From assembly GCA_964435875.1 (NCBI GenBank), contig CAYTAV010000002.1, positions 1-50,705 of the forward strand: a stretch of 50,705 nucleotides of DNA, in the 5' to 3' direction. The notes beneath the pieces are model-generated. The model did not search any database, was not told where the DNA came from, and saw nothing but the letters and a program-made list of their open reading frames with translations. A program made the position numbers and the translations under genes. Position 1 is the stretch's first letter. The number at the start of each line of letters is the position of its first letter. This DNA is from an uncultured Gammaproteobacteria bacterium. Its GTDB lineage: Bacteria > Patescibacteriota > Patescibacteriia > Patescibacteriales > CAYTAV01. This document shows positions 1 through 10,214 of this stretch, one piece after another.

Positions 1-3000
1 GTATTGCAGGCGAGCACGAGCCCGCAGAATGCCGCAGCTGCCGCTGAACAGCCCTACTATTCCAGTACGTCAAACCAGGGGGGGAGCGGTCCGATGATCG
101 ACCACCAGCCGGTCTGGTTCATGGCAAACAATCGCGAAGCGACGATAACCGCGCGCATGGGCGATCCGATCAATGGAATCGACGGGGTGACCGCCCAGCT
201 TTGGTACCAGCTCGGAGACGGCACGCCGGCTAATAATACGCCGGCTAATTATACTTTAGTAACCGGTATCCATCAGACCAGCGGCTATTTCAAGTTCACA
301 ATACCATTGTCGGTGACTACGTCCTGTACGTCCAACGGCATATATTATTACCTGAAACTCGTTTCATCCAGCGGCACGAGATTCCTCTCGAACAGCGCAG
401 CAGCCGATACGGCCGGCAGCGAGACTCTGGTCGCGCAGAATCCGTTCATAGCCCAGTGCGCCGCACCGGGGGTCGAATATTCCATCAATGGATATGCGAA
501 AAACGCATCTTCGACGGCCATTTCCGGAGTCTACGTTTTTGCTAAAGGCACTGCTGTCAGCGCATCGACAACCCCGAGCGGTTATTTCAATCTTACCGTC
601 AAAGGCGGTACATATAACGTAGTACTCGCGAAGGATGGTTATTATGATAATATGAGATCGAATATCCAGGTCTATTCTTCGGGCGTGAATATCGGGGATT
701 CAGTCATGTACGAGGGGGGCGGAATCTCTGGAGACACGATCCGGCCTACTGTGAAATGGACCGGTCCGGCCGATAACGAGACCGGTTTGCCGCCGAACGA
801 GCCTTCTTTCAGAATCTATACCGGCTTCTCGAAGGAGCTCGATAGTGCGACTTTCAATACAAGCAATATAAAGCTGGTAGCCAGCTCCGATATCAATACG
901 AACTTGCTCGCTAGCGGTGCAACCGTTTGGCGGCCATCCGGGACAGGCATCACAGACCTGAATTTCGGCATGATCCAGCTGAATGGCGCGGTCAGTACCG
1001 GGCTTGCACCAGACACGATCTATTACCTGATTTTCAGCGAAGGCATCAGGGATACTAGCGGCAATTCGCTTTTGGGCAACCGCTCGGAAGGCGGCCATGT
1101 CGTTACTTTTAAGACGCGGAGCTCGTATGTCGGATGGAATGATTATGGAAGCGGCGGGATGATGCCGCCGTATGTCGAAGACGCCAAACCGGCGGCCGGC
1201 TCGCTGGAAGTGCCGCCGAATTCCAAAATCGGAGTCAAATTCTCCCAACCGATGAATCCTTCATCATTCAGTCCGGGGACAAGCATCAAGCTCTTCCGCT
1301 TTACGATCGTCAATAACGCTGAAGTTAAGAACTCTGTCGCATTTTCTGTCTCTTTTGATATGAGCAAACGGATAGCGATCCTGACCCCGACAACATCTAT
1401 GTCCGCAGGCAAGTACAGGCTGGAACTGACAGGCGCCCTGACGAGCCAGGATGGTATCCCGATGGGCGATCCTAACCAGGGGCAGAACACGACATCATTC
1501 AATTTCTACACTTCTTCTTTCGAAGTCGGCGCTGCAACTCCGAGCGATAATACAGCACCGACCATCCTGGGGAGTTATCCTGAAAATAATGCATCAAATA
1601 CGCCGGTCAATACAGGCGCTGTGATGCTGCAGTTCTCTGAAAATCTCGACCCCTCTACCATAAATTCCGATACCATCATGCTCAAGAACGGAGGATCGTA
1701 TCTCGCATCGGATATCATATACGACATCAGGGCAAATTCAGTTTCACTGATACCAAATTCGGTCTTATCGCCGAGCATGACCTATTCCATCTATGCGATC
1801 GGTTCGAGCACGGGCGTCAAGGATATGGCCGGCAACCCGCTGGCGTCCACCCAGATCCTAAATTTCACGACTTCCTCGACTACCGACAGCCTTCCTCCGC
1901 AGCTGATGTATGCTAATGGCGACGAATACGGCCTCGCAATCACTTTTTCCGAACCGATGAACGCTTCCAAAGTAACGGATACCTTGCAATGGCCTAAGTC
2001 GGTTCTTAATCCGTCAAATTATAGAATCCTGTACGGCGATTCCGGCAGTGTCGCTACGAGCGGCCTCGCGCTTCCCGGATTGGCAGGCGCATATTTAACG
2101 TACGACTCGATGACGAAGACCCTGGAGATCGAAAATGTCGGCCTGACTTCGGCGCTTGCATCGGGCAAGGATTATTATATAGATATGTCGACTTCCAGCG
2201 CATCGGACCTTTCAGGCAATGCTGTCGGTTCGAGCACGATGAAAACATTCCAGATGCCGATCAAGAACAGCCAAGATACAGGAGGCATTCTCGGACCCAG
2301 CACCAGCGGGTCTTATAATACTGACATGGCATCCATGGGCATGATGAAGGGCGGCGCTTTTCCGATGAATTCGATGGCGAGACAAAGGACGACTTATTTC
2401 ATCGATGTGCCGGTAACCAGATCGATCCCGGTAGGCGGCAAGATTGTCATCACATTCCCCAGCGGATTCGACGTCACATCAGCGGCTAAAGACGCATACT
2501 CTCCGATCAATAACGATATTAACGGAGGTGGACCGGGCACGATTTCGATCTCTTCCGTTTCGGGTGTCCAGTCAACGCAATCTATCACGGTTACGATCGG
2601 TTCCTCGGCAACGCAAGCGAACGATTATCTACATATGGATATTACCGGGATCGTCAATGCATCGATCCCCAGGAGCTATGATACATCAGGATATACGGCC
2701 GATATAAAGACTCTGGATGCTTCCGGCAATCTTCTTGAAACGGTCTCGACCATGCCTTTTTTCATCAATCCTGCCGGGGAAAATACCCTGCAAGTTACAG
2801 TCACCGGCGTTACTAGCGGCCATAACGGCAGCGTTCCGGTCTATCTCGGCAGTCCGATGACCGGGCCGATGAAACAGCTGGCGTATTTTAATAATGCGAC
2901 TAGTACCAGCGTCTATTTCTCTTATTTGCCTGCCGGCCAATACTTCGTATATACAGATCCGTATGTATCCTTGTCTGGCAACGACTATTCCGGCCTGACA

Positions 3001-6000
3001 ATGACCGAAACAGTCAATCTAGCGTCATCTACAACGGTAAAGACTATATCTCTTGTCCGGGAATCTGCCGGTGCCGGTAAAGCAGCGATAACTATCGAGA
3101 TAACCGGATCTTTCGGCGCAGATAACTTAGACGTTTTCGCGAGCAGCCCTTCGGGCTACAAGGTCAAAACGATCGAATCGGCAGGCGACAATCCATCGGC
3201 GATCCTTTATCTCGCAGACGGGACCTGGTGGATCGGGATGGGACCTTCAGTTCCTAAGGGGCCGATGTCCGGTCCGGCGCCGATGCCGGACTGGATGCCT
3301 CCAGCGCCCGTCCAGCTGATCGTATCAGGCGCCGGGGCGACCACGACCGAATCAAGCGGTACGCCGAATGACGGGACAGTCAGCTTTGCTGTCGGAGGCG
3401 CAAGCTATCAGGCGATAGGTTACGTCAAGGACGGGACAGCAAGTTCGGCGCCGATCGCAGACGCCGAAGTCTGGGCCTATCAGCCAGGCGGCACGGGAGG
3501 CATGGGAGCACACGCCAAAACCGATGCTACGGGCAGGTTCGTACTAAAGTTAGCCCGAACGGGCAATTATTCGCTTGGAGCGTACAAGCCGGGGTTGCCG
3601 AACGTACCGGAAAAAGGCATCGCGGTCGCGCAGAACGAAGCTGCCAACAACGCATCTGATAGCAATACCAGCGCGGATATCTATCTCGGCGGCAGGCTGG
3701 TAACTGACGCATCGCCCTTGAATATCATAATCAAGAAGCCGGGCCGGACGGTTTCCGGCAAGGTCACGAACGGAACAAGCCCTGTCTCGTCAGCTCCGGT
3801 CTGGGCGAACAGGACGGATGGGAGCGGCTTTGCGAACGCGATGACCGATGCTTCCGGCAACTATATACTTTATATCGATGCCGGCACCTGGAATATCAGC
3901 GCCAATATACCGGGTTACGGCAATGCGCAAGGCCAGCAGGTCGTCGTCGGGGAATCCGATATCGTCCAGAATCTAGCGCCCGAGAGCGGGGCCACCTTCT
4001 ATACGATCAGTGGGACGGTGTCGATCAACTCTGCCTTGCAGGCATACAGGCCGATCCGAGCCGCGCAATACAACGCAAGCGGCGTTTATTCGGGTAAGCA
4101 ATATAACGCGCAAACCGCTTCTGACGGCACATATTCGATTTCCGTACCAGGTTCAAGCCTTTATAGGGTCGACATCTGGACTCCTGAATATGGAGAGGTC
4201 GGGCTCAATACGGACGAAGTAGCGAATAATCCTGCCAATATAAGCGTAAGCACTGCGAATGTTGCCGGTAAAGACATAACGATCAACGCTGGTGCGCTCA
4301 GGACCATCAGCTTGAACTTCGTCAACGCGACTTCGAGCCAGACAGGGTTCCTGAACATCGATGGCATGACCTTCTCGTCCGGCATCCCGAAGCCGAACGG
4401 TTACCATCAATCAAAATACATATCCGATCTTACAGCGCCCGGGACCATCAGCCTGGCAGACGGCGATTATTTTTTCTTTCTAGACGTTCCGGGCTTAGGC
4501 AAGTTCATACCCGATCCGAGCCCGAGCGTTAATGGCCGCGACGCAACCAAGGATGACATTGTCGTAGCTTCTAACCGCCAGGTCGATTTCACCTTAACCG
4601 ATATATCGGCTACAACCTCGGTTGTTACTGTTAGCGGTAAAGTATATAACACGACAGCCGTTCCCGGGCAGGAGCTTGCTGAAGCCTGGGTATGGGTCGC
4701 GAAGCCTGCGACAGGTTATCATAACGGGGTCAAGTCCGGTGCCGACGGATCCTATTCTCTTACCGTTCCGAACGGGACCGGTTATAAGATCGGATCCAGC
4801 AAGCCTGGCTACGTATCCAGCGATCCTTCGGATCTGGCCGCGACTGCAAACGCTACTGGCCGCGATTTCACCCTGGTCCCGAACTCTCTTGTCATCAACG
4901 GCAGGATATACTCTGATGCGAACGCCAATAGCACGTATGATAGCGGGGAAGAGGTGCAGGGAGGATTTGTCCGTGCGGAAACGACCGATGGCACGAAAAA
5001 GACCTACGCGCCGACCGACGGCAGCGGTTATTATGAGCTCGGGGTATCAAGCGGAATCTGGAAGCTTTACGCTGTGGCTGACGGCTACGTCGAGACCCTT
5101 TATACCTCAAACGTCACAGTCAGCGGTTCTAACCAGACTGCGAACATAAAATTGACCGCTGACCAGAACTGGTCCGGCAAAAGCAAGATCGCTCCGATCG
5201 TTCCGGCTTCAGGCGGCACGCTCGACGATACCGCATCCGGCGGCACGGGCGTGAAGCTGGTCATTCCGCCGAATGCGCTAGGCAATTCGAGCGATTCAGG
5301 GAGTGTAAATGCGAATTCGACGAATTCGATCGTTGAAACGAATTCTTCGGTTCCTATCGGTTCGGGCGTCAGCATTACCGCTGCAGACAATTCCGGACAA
5401 TCGATTACCAATCTGAACGATTATATCGATATCGAGATGGTCATGTATAAAACCCAAGTTGCCGCCGCGATCTCCTCCGGCGAGACGACATACGAGAAGC
5501 TAAAAACAACCAATAACGCTTATTGGGACAATACGGCCAATGACTGGGTCGTGTTGCCGACGACCAGGACCGCTTACTATAAGGAGGCTGGGGATACGGA
5601 ATGGAAGCTTTTTTCAAGCACCAGTGCTGATGACGATTTTTCCGCTTTCATCGACACATTGCCCGGGTCTTACAGCGACTATAAGCTCGTGTATACTTCG
5701 AAGACAAACCATTTTACGATTTTCGCGGTTATTATGCCATTTGTCGCTTTGCCGGCGCAGGCCGATCCCGCTCCTGGCACCCCGTCTCCATCAGGCGGGA
5801 GCAGCGGAGTAATCGCGGCAACGTACTGCCAGTCCGTCACATACGAGGATTGGCAGAAGACCTGCGCAAACGGCCTCCAGTATCGTAATGTGAAAGCCAG
5901 GAGCCCCTTGAATTGCCTGCTTTCTTCTGCCCAGGAGGACGGCCGCAGGAGATCTTGCGAAAGCCTGGCCGAAGGAACGGAGCAGGATAAGACTGCGATC

Positions 6001-6660
6001 GAAGGCATCAAAGACGCAGCGGCTTCCGCGATCGGAACGGCTGGACACGCAGCAATAGAATGGGCTAAATGGGTACTGCGCATCACAGACGAAGCCAGGG
6101 AAGTGGTCCGGGCCAAGGTCGATAGCCTGATCGCCCTGGTCAAGGGCAAGCGAAGCATATCTGCAGAAAAGGGGACCGCCAGCCGGTATCTTGCTTCATT
6201 ATTCTCCGGCTTAGGCCGGTTGCCGGCCGCGAGCCAGCAGGCGATCGCTAACTTTATCACTTACGGCACTCCGACAACAAAATATCTCGGACCAGGCGAG
6301 CGCGCGGGCGTCCTCGGTTCATACAAATCCGTTTATCAGAAGCTGCCTTCGAAAGAAAGCGAATGGATTGACGCGATCAAGATCGGAAACGGACGCTGGC
6401 CGCAGGAAAGGAGCGTATCAAAGGAAAGGCAAGCCGAGAAGGAATTCGAGAAGATTTATAAGCGGTCGTCCGTCCGCAAGAACGCGAAAGACGATGCGGC
6501 AGTTATGGTGATGGCCTACGGACTTCGACCCGCGAAGCGGAATACCGGTTCTGAAGCATTCGCTGTAAAGATATTCAAAGCTATTTACAACCATCCGCCA
6601 AAAGCATCGAGTGAGTGGGATATCGTCCGGACGATCGCCTATTCTGGAGCGACACGGTAG
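1..6660 (+). CDS. Giant secreted/cell-surface protein, 5'-truncated by the window edge (>=2219 aa). Tandem bacterial Ig-like domains, then many carboxypeptidase-regulatory-like beta-sandwich repeats, then a distinct non-repeat C-terminal module.
   Basis: One uninterrupted frame open to position 1. Recurrent Ig-like motifs (DTxxPTV..., SxxFSEPMN..., xxNIxL). Repeated TDAxGxYxL...G(T/Y)Y/W...xxxGY units typical of CarboxypepD_reg-like folds. All antisense ORFs inside are short. Confidence 0.85.
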   Translation, partial: VLQASTSPQNAAAAAEQPYYSSTSNQGGSGPMIDHQPVWFMANNREATITARMGDPINGIDGVTAQLWYQLGDGTPANNTPANYTLVTGIHQTSGYFKFTIPLSVTTSCTSNGIYYYLKLVSSSGTRFLSNSAAADTAGSETLVAQNPFIAQCAAPGVEYSINGYAKNASSTAISGVYVFAKGTAVSASTTPSGYFNLTVKGGTYNVVLAKDGYYDNMRSNIQVYSSGVNIGDSVMYEGGGISGDTIRPTVKWTGPADNETGLPPNEPSFRIYTGFSKELDSATFNTSNIKLVASSDINTNLLASGATVWRPSGTGITDLNFGMIQLNGAVSTGLAPDTIYYLIFSEGIRDTSGNSLLGNRSEGGHVVTFKTRSSYVGWNDYGSGGMMPPYVEDAKPAAGSLEVPPNSKIGVKFSQPMNPSSFSPGTSIKLFRFTIVNNAEVKNSVAFSVSFDMSKRIAILTPTTSMSAGKYRLELTGALTSQDGIPMGDPNQGQNTTSFNFYTSSFEVGAATPSDNTAPTILGSYPENNASNTPVNTGAVMLQFSENLDPSTINSDTIMLKNGGSYLASDIIYDIRANSVSLIPNSVLSPSMTYSIYAIGSSTGVKDMAGNPLASTQILNFTTSSTTDSLPPQLMYANGDEYGLAITFSEPMNASKVTDTLQWPKSVLNPSNYRILYGDSGSVATSGLALPGLAGAYLTYDSMTKTLEIENVGLTSALASGKDYYIDMSTSSASDLSGNAVGSSTMKTFQMPIKNSQDTGGILGPSTSGSYNTDMASMGMMKGGAFPMNSMARQRTTYFIDVPVTRSIPVGGKIVITFPSGFDVTSAAKDAYSPINNDINGGGPGTISISSVSGVQSTQSITVTIGSSATQANDYLHMDITGIVNASIPRSYDTSGYTADIKTLDASGNLLETVSTMPFFINPAGENTLQVTVTGVTSGHNGSVPVYLGSPMTGPMKQLAYFNNATSTSVYFSYLPAGQYFVYTDPYVSLSGNDYSGLTMTETVNLASSTTVKTISLVRESAGAGKAAITIEITGSFGADNLDVFASSPSGYKVKTIESAGDNPSAILYLADGTWWIGMGPSVPKGPMSGPAPMPDWMPPAPVQLIVSGAGATTTESSGTPNDGTVSFAVGGASYQAIGYVKDGTASSAPIADAEVWAYQPGGTGGMGAHAKTDATGRFVLKLARTGNYSLGAYKPGLPNVPEKGIAVAQNEAANNASDSNTSADIYLGGRLVTDASPLNIIIKKPGRTVSGKVTNGTSPVSSAPVWANRTDGSGFANAMTDASGNYILYIDAGTWNISANIPGYGNAQGQQVVVGESDIVQNLAPESGATFYTISGTVSINSALQAYRPIRAAQYNASGVYSGKQYNAQTASDGTYSISVPGSSLYRVDIWTPEYGEVGLNTDEVANNPANISVSTANVAGKDITINAGALRTISLNFVNATSSQTGFLNIDGMTFSSGIPKPNGYHQSKYISDLTAPGTISLADGDYFFFLDVPGLGKFIPDPSPSVNGRDATKDDIVVASNRQVDFTLTDISATTSVVTVSGKVYNTTAVPGQELAEAWVWVAKPATGYHNGVKSGADGSYSLTVPNGTGYKIGSSKPGYVSSDPSDLAATANATGRDFTLVPNSLVINGRIYSDANANSTYDSGEEVQGGFVRAETTDGTKKTYAPTDGSGYYELGVSSGIWKLYAVADGYVETLYTSNVTVSGSNQTANIKLTADQNWSGKSKIAPIVPASGGTLDDTASGGTGVKLVIPPNALGNSSDSGSVNANSTNSIVETNSSVPIGSGVSITAADNSGQSITNLNDYIDIEMVMYKTQVAAAISSGETTYEKLKTTNNAYWDNTANDWVVLPTTRTAYYKEAGDTEWKLFSSTSADDDFSAFIDTLPGSYSDYKLVYTSKTNHFTIFAVIMPFVALPAQADPAPGTPSPSGGSSGVIAATYCQSVTYEDWQKTCANGLQYRNVKARSPLNCLLSSAQEDGRRRSCESLAEGTEQDKTAIEGIKDAAASAIGTAGHAAIEWAKWVLRITDEAREVVRAKVDSLIALVKGKRSISAEKGTASRYLASLFSGLGRLPAASQQAIANFITYGTPTTKYLGPGERAGVLGSYKSVYQKLPSKESEWIDAIKIGNGRWPQERSVSKERQAEKEFEKIYKRSSVRKNAKDDAAVMVMAYGLRPAKRNTGSEAFAVKIFKAIYNHPPKASSEWDIVRTIAYSGATR

Positions 6661-6723
6661 GCCGTGCAGGCGCGGCTATCCGCTTGATTAGGCTTGATCA
6701 GCGGCCTAATAATGTTTGCGGCC

Positions 6724-6752
6724 TTGTAATATATCGAAGCTAGTATTATGAT
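6724..6752 (+). promoter_or_regulatory. Candidate sigma70-type promoter for trxA-mscL (TTGTAA - 17 nt - TATGAT)
   Basis: Hexamers read directly; 17-nt spacer; 35 nt upstream of the trxA ATG. Confidence 0.4.
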
Positions 6753-6787
6753 GTATAGGCAAATACTGTTATTAGTAGCATAAATAT

Positions 6788-7111
6788 ATGGTAAAACAGG
6801 TAAATGATGGCAATTTCCAACGCGAAGTCATCGAGGCTTCGAAAACAAAGCCCGTACTCGTTGATTTCTATGCAGACTGGTGCGGCCCCTGCCAGGTACA
6901 GGGCCCGATCGTCGAATCGCTCGCGGGATCGGTGGGCGAGTCGGCTGTTATTGCCAAATGCAACACGGAAGATTCAAGCAAGACAGCCGAAGAGTTCAAT
7001 ATTCTAAGCATTCCGACACTGATCATTTTCAAAGATGGTACCGCCGCCGAGCGTTTCACCGGATTGCAATCCAAAGAATCATTGGAAACGGCGCTTAAGA
7101 AGCATATATGA
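6788..7111 (+). CDS. trxA: Thioredoxin
   Basis: 107 aa, WCGPCQ active-site motif, typical length and fold-wide similarity ([13 protein letters not shown]...[10 protein letters not shown]). Confidence 0.95.
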   Translation: MVKQVNDGNFQREVIEASKTKPVLVDFYADWCGPCQVQGPIVESLAGSVGESAVIAKCNTEDSSKTAEEFNILSIPTLIIFKDGTAAERFTGLQSKESLETALKKHI

Positions 7112-7542
7112 GCAAGCAAGCATCGATAATCGGCGAATTCAAGGAATTCGCTTCAAAAGGAAGCGTCATCGACCTGGCAGTCGGCATCATAGTCGGCGGC
7201 GCGTTCGGCGGGATAACCACTTCCTTGGTTAATGACATAATAATGCCGCCGATCGGCCTGTTGCTCGGTAAAGTTGATTTCTCGAATCTCTTCATAAATC
7301 TTTCGGGGCAGGATTTCTCGAGCCTCTCGCAGGCCGCAGCCGCAGGAGCACCGACGATCAATTACGGGCTGTTCATAAACAAGGTCTTGAATTTCATAAT
7401 CGTAGCCTTTGCTATGTTCCTCATGGTGAGGCAGATCAACCGGATTAAAAGAAAAGAGGCGGAAGCCCAGCCAGTTCCCAAGCCTGACCGGCACGAAGAA
7501 CTGCTCTCGGAAATTCGCGATCTGTTAAAACGCCCCAACTGA
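7108..7542 (+). CDS. mscL: Large-conductance mechanosensitive channel
   Basis: 144 aa; N-terminus [40 protein letters not shown] is the canonical MscL signature. ATGA overlap with the trxA stop. Confidence 0.95.
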   Translation: MSKQASIIGEFKEFASKGSVIDLAVGIIVGGAFGGITTSLVNDIIMPPIGLLLGKVDFSNLFINLSGQDFSSLSQAAAAGAPTINYGLFINKVLNFIIVAFAMFLMVRQINRIKRKEAEAQPVPKPDRHEELLSEIRDLLKRPN

Positions 7543-7594
7543 TTTTATGCACAGATGCGCTAATCCGCACAATCGGTCTTTTAGCGCCAAACTG

Positions 7595-9016
7595 ATGTCG
7601 AGACGACTCGTTTTGATGACAATAATCTTCCTTGCCGCGCTTCCGTCCAGCAGCATATTGGCGGGCGGATCAGTCCGCCCCGCGTTAGGTTACGTTTATC
7701 TGCAAGTAGAATCCCATGGGGAGGCCTGGTTTACGAATACTTCCGGCAGGAGGACGTACCTGGGAGATTCCCGACAGGCATTCGCCGTATTCAGTTCGCA
7801 TGCGACAGGCATAAGCAATCCGGTTCTCGAATCGATACCCGTTGGAATATTGGGCGCTTCACAGTCCGATGCGGATTCCGACGGTCTGCCGGACGCTCTG
7901 GAAAGCGCTGTCGGCACTGACCAATCCAAGCCAGATACTGATAATGATGGTTTCGGCGACCGGGATGAGATCGAAGCCGGTTTCGCCCCGTTGCGGGCAG
8001 GGGGCGGTAAGACCGTGAACGAGGCTCATGCAAAAAAATTTTCAGGCCGGATCTTCATTGCAGTCGAGAGAAATGGCGAACTTTGGTACGTCTACCCGAA
8101 AGACGGCAGGAGATATTATATCAGCGGACCGGATGATGCCTGGATAGCTGTTAATGCGCTTGGAATCGGCATCAGCGACCGTTCTCTTGCACAGATCCCT
8201 CAAGAGAACTCTTATGGCGAGGTCGGGCCGATCGAGGAGAAAATATTCGAACTCGTCAACTCAGAAAGAAAGAAAGCCGGACGGTCAGGGTTGATTTTGG
8301 ATCGCGATTTGTCTGCTGTCGCGCGCGAACACAGCGATGATCTGGCTAGCGAGAACATAGAGCTTACTAATCCGGGAAAGCGCTGCGATTATCCTCTTAT
8401 CCACCATGAAGGTTTTGAATTCGGCCTCTTCCAGAACGAACGTTTGTATGAGCGGGGGATAAAGTATTTCTCGCGCAGCGGGGAAAATATCGTGCTTCTA
8501 CCTATGGCGAAAGAGAAAACCTATAGGTTGTCCGCGGTCGACAAAGAGCATAATAGCAGCTTGCCGGATTGCGGCAAACGGCAGAATGCCTTGTCTGCTG
8601 ACCTGCATGCTAGATTGAACGCATTGCCCCGCCCGGAAAGCTCATCTCCGGATTATACGCGATCGGCGGCAGCAAGGCTTGATTTGATCAAATCTGACAT
8701 CGAGAACCGCAAGCGGCTTCTCGGCGGCGAGCCGGATGTGATCTCGATCTCAAGCAAAGAACGAAGCGCTGAAGAAGCAGCCAGTGACAGCGTAGCAAGC
8801 TGGATCGAAAGCGAAGGACACCGCAAGAACATGCTTGAACCCGCATTCGATACGACAGGCATAGGAGCCGCGCTAATAAACGGCTATCTCATCATAACCC
8901 AGTTGTTCATTACTAAAGCACACTGCGGTTACGAGGGGGCGGCCTGCTGCATTGAAGCTAATAAAAGCTATTGCTATCAGCCGAACGCCTGCGCGTCAGG
9001 ATACTGCAGGCAGTAG
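7595..9016 (+). CDS. Secreted protein: two GEAWY-type modules flanking thrombospondin type 3-like Ca-binding repeats, then a CAP/SCP (YkwD-like) domain with a large insertion and a Cys-rich tail
   Basis: Signal/anchor MSRRLVLMTIIFLAALP. DADSDGLPDALE...DTDNDGFGDRDE. CAP motifs VNSERKKAG...AREHSDDLA...GHRKNML. Start moved from the track start 7547 to the ATG preceding the hydrophobic segment. Confidence 0.75.
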   Translation: MSRRLVLMTIIFLAALPSSSILAGGSVRPALGYVYLQVESHGEAWFTNTSGRRTYLGDSRQAFAVFSSHATGISNPVLESIPVGILGASQSDADSDGLPDALESAVGTDQSKPDTDNDGFGDRDEIEAGFAPLRAGGGKTVNEAHAKKFSGRIFIAVERNGELWYVYPKDGRRYYISGPDDAWIAVNALGIGISDRSLAQIPQENSYGEVGPIEEKIFELVNSERKKAGRSGLILDRDLSAVAREHSDDLASENIELTNPGKRCDYPLIHHEGFEFGLFQNERLYERGIKYFSRSGENIVLLPMAKEKTYRLSAVDKEHNSSLPDCGKRQNALSADLHARLNALPRPESSSPDYTRSAAARLDLIKSDIENRKRLLGGEPDVISISSKERSAEEAASDSVASWIESEGHRKNMLEPAFDTTGIGAALINGYLIITQLFITKAHCGYEGAACCIEANKSYCYQPNACASGYCRQ

Positions 9017-9143
9017 CTATGCAAAGTCTTGGGTCAGTATCGCGGTACTATCCGATCGATTAGCCGCCGGGCGAGTGCTGGACTAAGGCTTGTTTTTTTT
9101 ATGAAAATATTGTATGTTATAGTATAATAGCGCTAACAACCGC

Positions 9144-10133
9144 ATGCTGAACAATTTCATAAATTTCTTAAAATATAATAATGCGGCGATTTTAATCGTC
9201 ATTGCAATTTTTGCCGCTGGAGCGAGCGCCATGGCTTCCGAAACCGGAAGGAATATAATCGGCAGGAAGGAGTCGCGCTTAAGCGGGATTGACAACAAGT
9301 TGTTATTGGATGCCGATCTTGATCGGCTCGATCCGGATTTCAGGATAACTGACATCAGTCAGACTGACGGACGATATAGCGTTACTTATACTTTTATTGA
9401 TTTATTTAAAGGATCGACGGCCTGGGAGTACCGGATGAACGAGCGCAAAATGAGCGTGCCGTCTTCTATCGATGAAGATCTGGGCGATTATATCGCCAGA
9501 GAGCTCAAGGAACTTGAAACGTCGAGGATAAACGAACTTAAGAAGGAGCAAAGAGCGGCCAGGGCGACGGGCGAGGAAAAGGCGGTCGAAATGACCAGTT
9601 ATGGCGGTTTGATCGGAAAGACGCTTGATCTCGCTGGCAGGGTGTTTAAAGGGTACGAGCCAGTCATCAGGAAAGAACTGCCTTCACCCGTAGTTCCCGC
9701 CGCATTCAGGATGCTGAAGGAGAACCGGGTCGCTACAACGACCAACCCGTCGACAGCAGACAACCTTGCTGGCGTATATGCGGAATATATCAGCCGGAAA
9801 GACCCTGACCGCGACAGCATTTTCGGCGACCTGGATAATTGTCCGCTGGTTCCGAATCCCGGGCAGGAAGACCTTGACCAGAACGGGGTCGGAGATGCCT
9901 GCCAGGCTGCCGAAGCAATATCAGGGACGTCGACGGTTCCTGGGGCGTCGTACGGAGATCCAGAGCCCGTCGATTCAAGCATGGACGATAGCGTTAGCGG
10001 ATCCGGACGAGGCAGCGACCTACTTACTGGAGATCCAGCAGGCACTGACAACGAAGCTGGCGGTAAAATCGAGATAATCGATATCGGAGATCCGGCCAAC
10101 AGCGCCGCATCAGAGTCTTCGGCGAGCGAATAG
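9144..10133 (+). CDS. N-terminally membrane-anchored protein with a thrombospondin type 3-like repeat and an acidic Ser/Asp-rich tail
   Basis: TM AAILIVIAIFAAGASAMA. DLDNCPLVPNPGQEDLDQNGVGDAC matches the TSP3 calcium-binding repeat consensus. Confidence 0.7.
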   Translation: MLNNFINFLKYNNAAILIVIAIFAAGASAMASETGRNIIGRKESRLSGIDNKLLLDADLDRLDPDFRITDISQTDGRYSVTYTFIDLFKGSTAWEYRMNERKMSVPSSIDEDLGDYIARELKELETSRINELKKEQRAARATGEEKAVEMTSYGGLIGKTLDLAGRVFKGYEPVIRKELPSPVVPAAFRMLKENRVATTTNPSTADNLAGVYAEYISRKDPDRDSIFGDLDNCPLVPNPGQEDLDQNGVGDACQAAEAISGTSTVPGASYGDPEPVDSSMDDSVSGSGRGSDLLTGDPAGTDNEAGGKIEIIDIGDPANSAASESSASE

Positions 10134-10214
10134 GCTGGTCGATCGCTGTTTTTGGCCTTTATTAGCATAGCTTGCGGTCCAGAGCCGCTTGCGTAAGTAT
10201 TGAAAATAAGCATA

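Noticed and set aside
700-6260. Several 60-190-aa ORFs inside or antisense to the giant surface protein gene (for example 700-1248, 4622-5149, 5679-6260)
   Set aside because: All are embedded in one continuous 6.6-kb frame with coherent domain repeats. None has an independent start context or motif.
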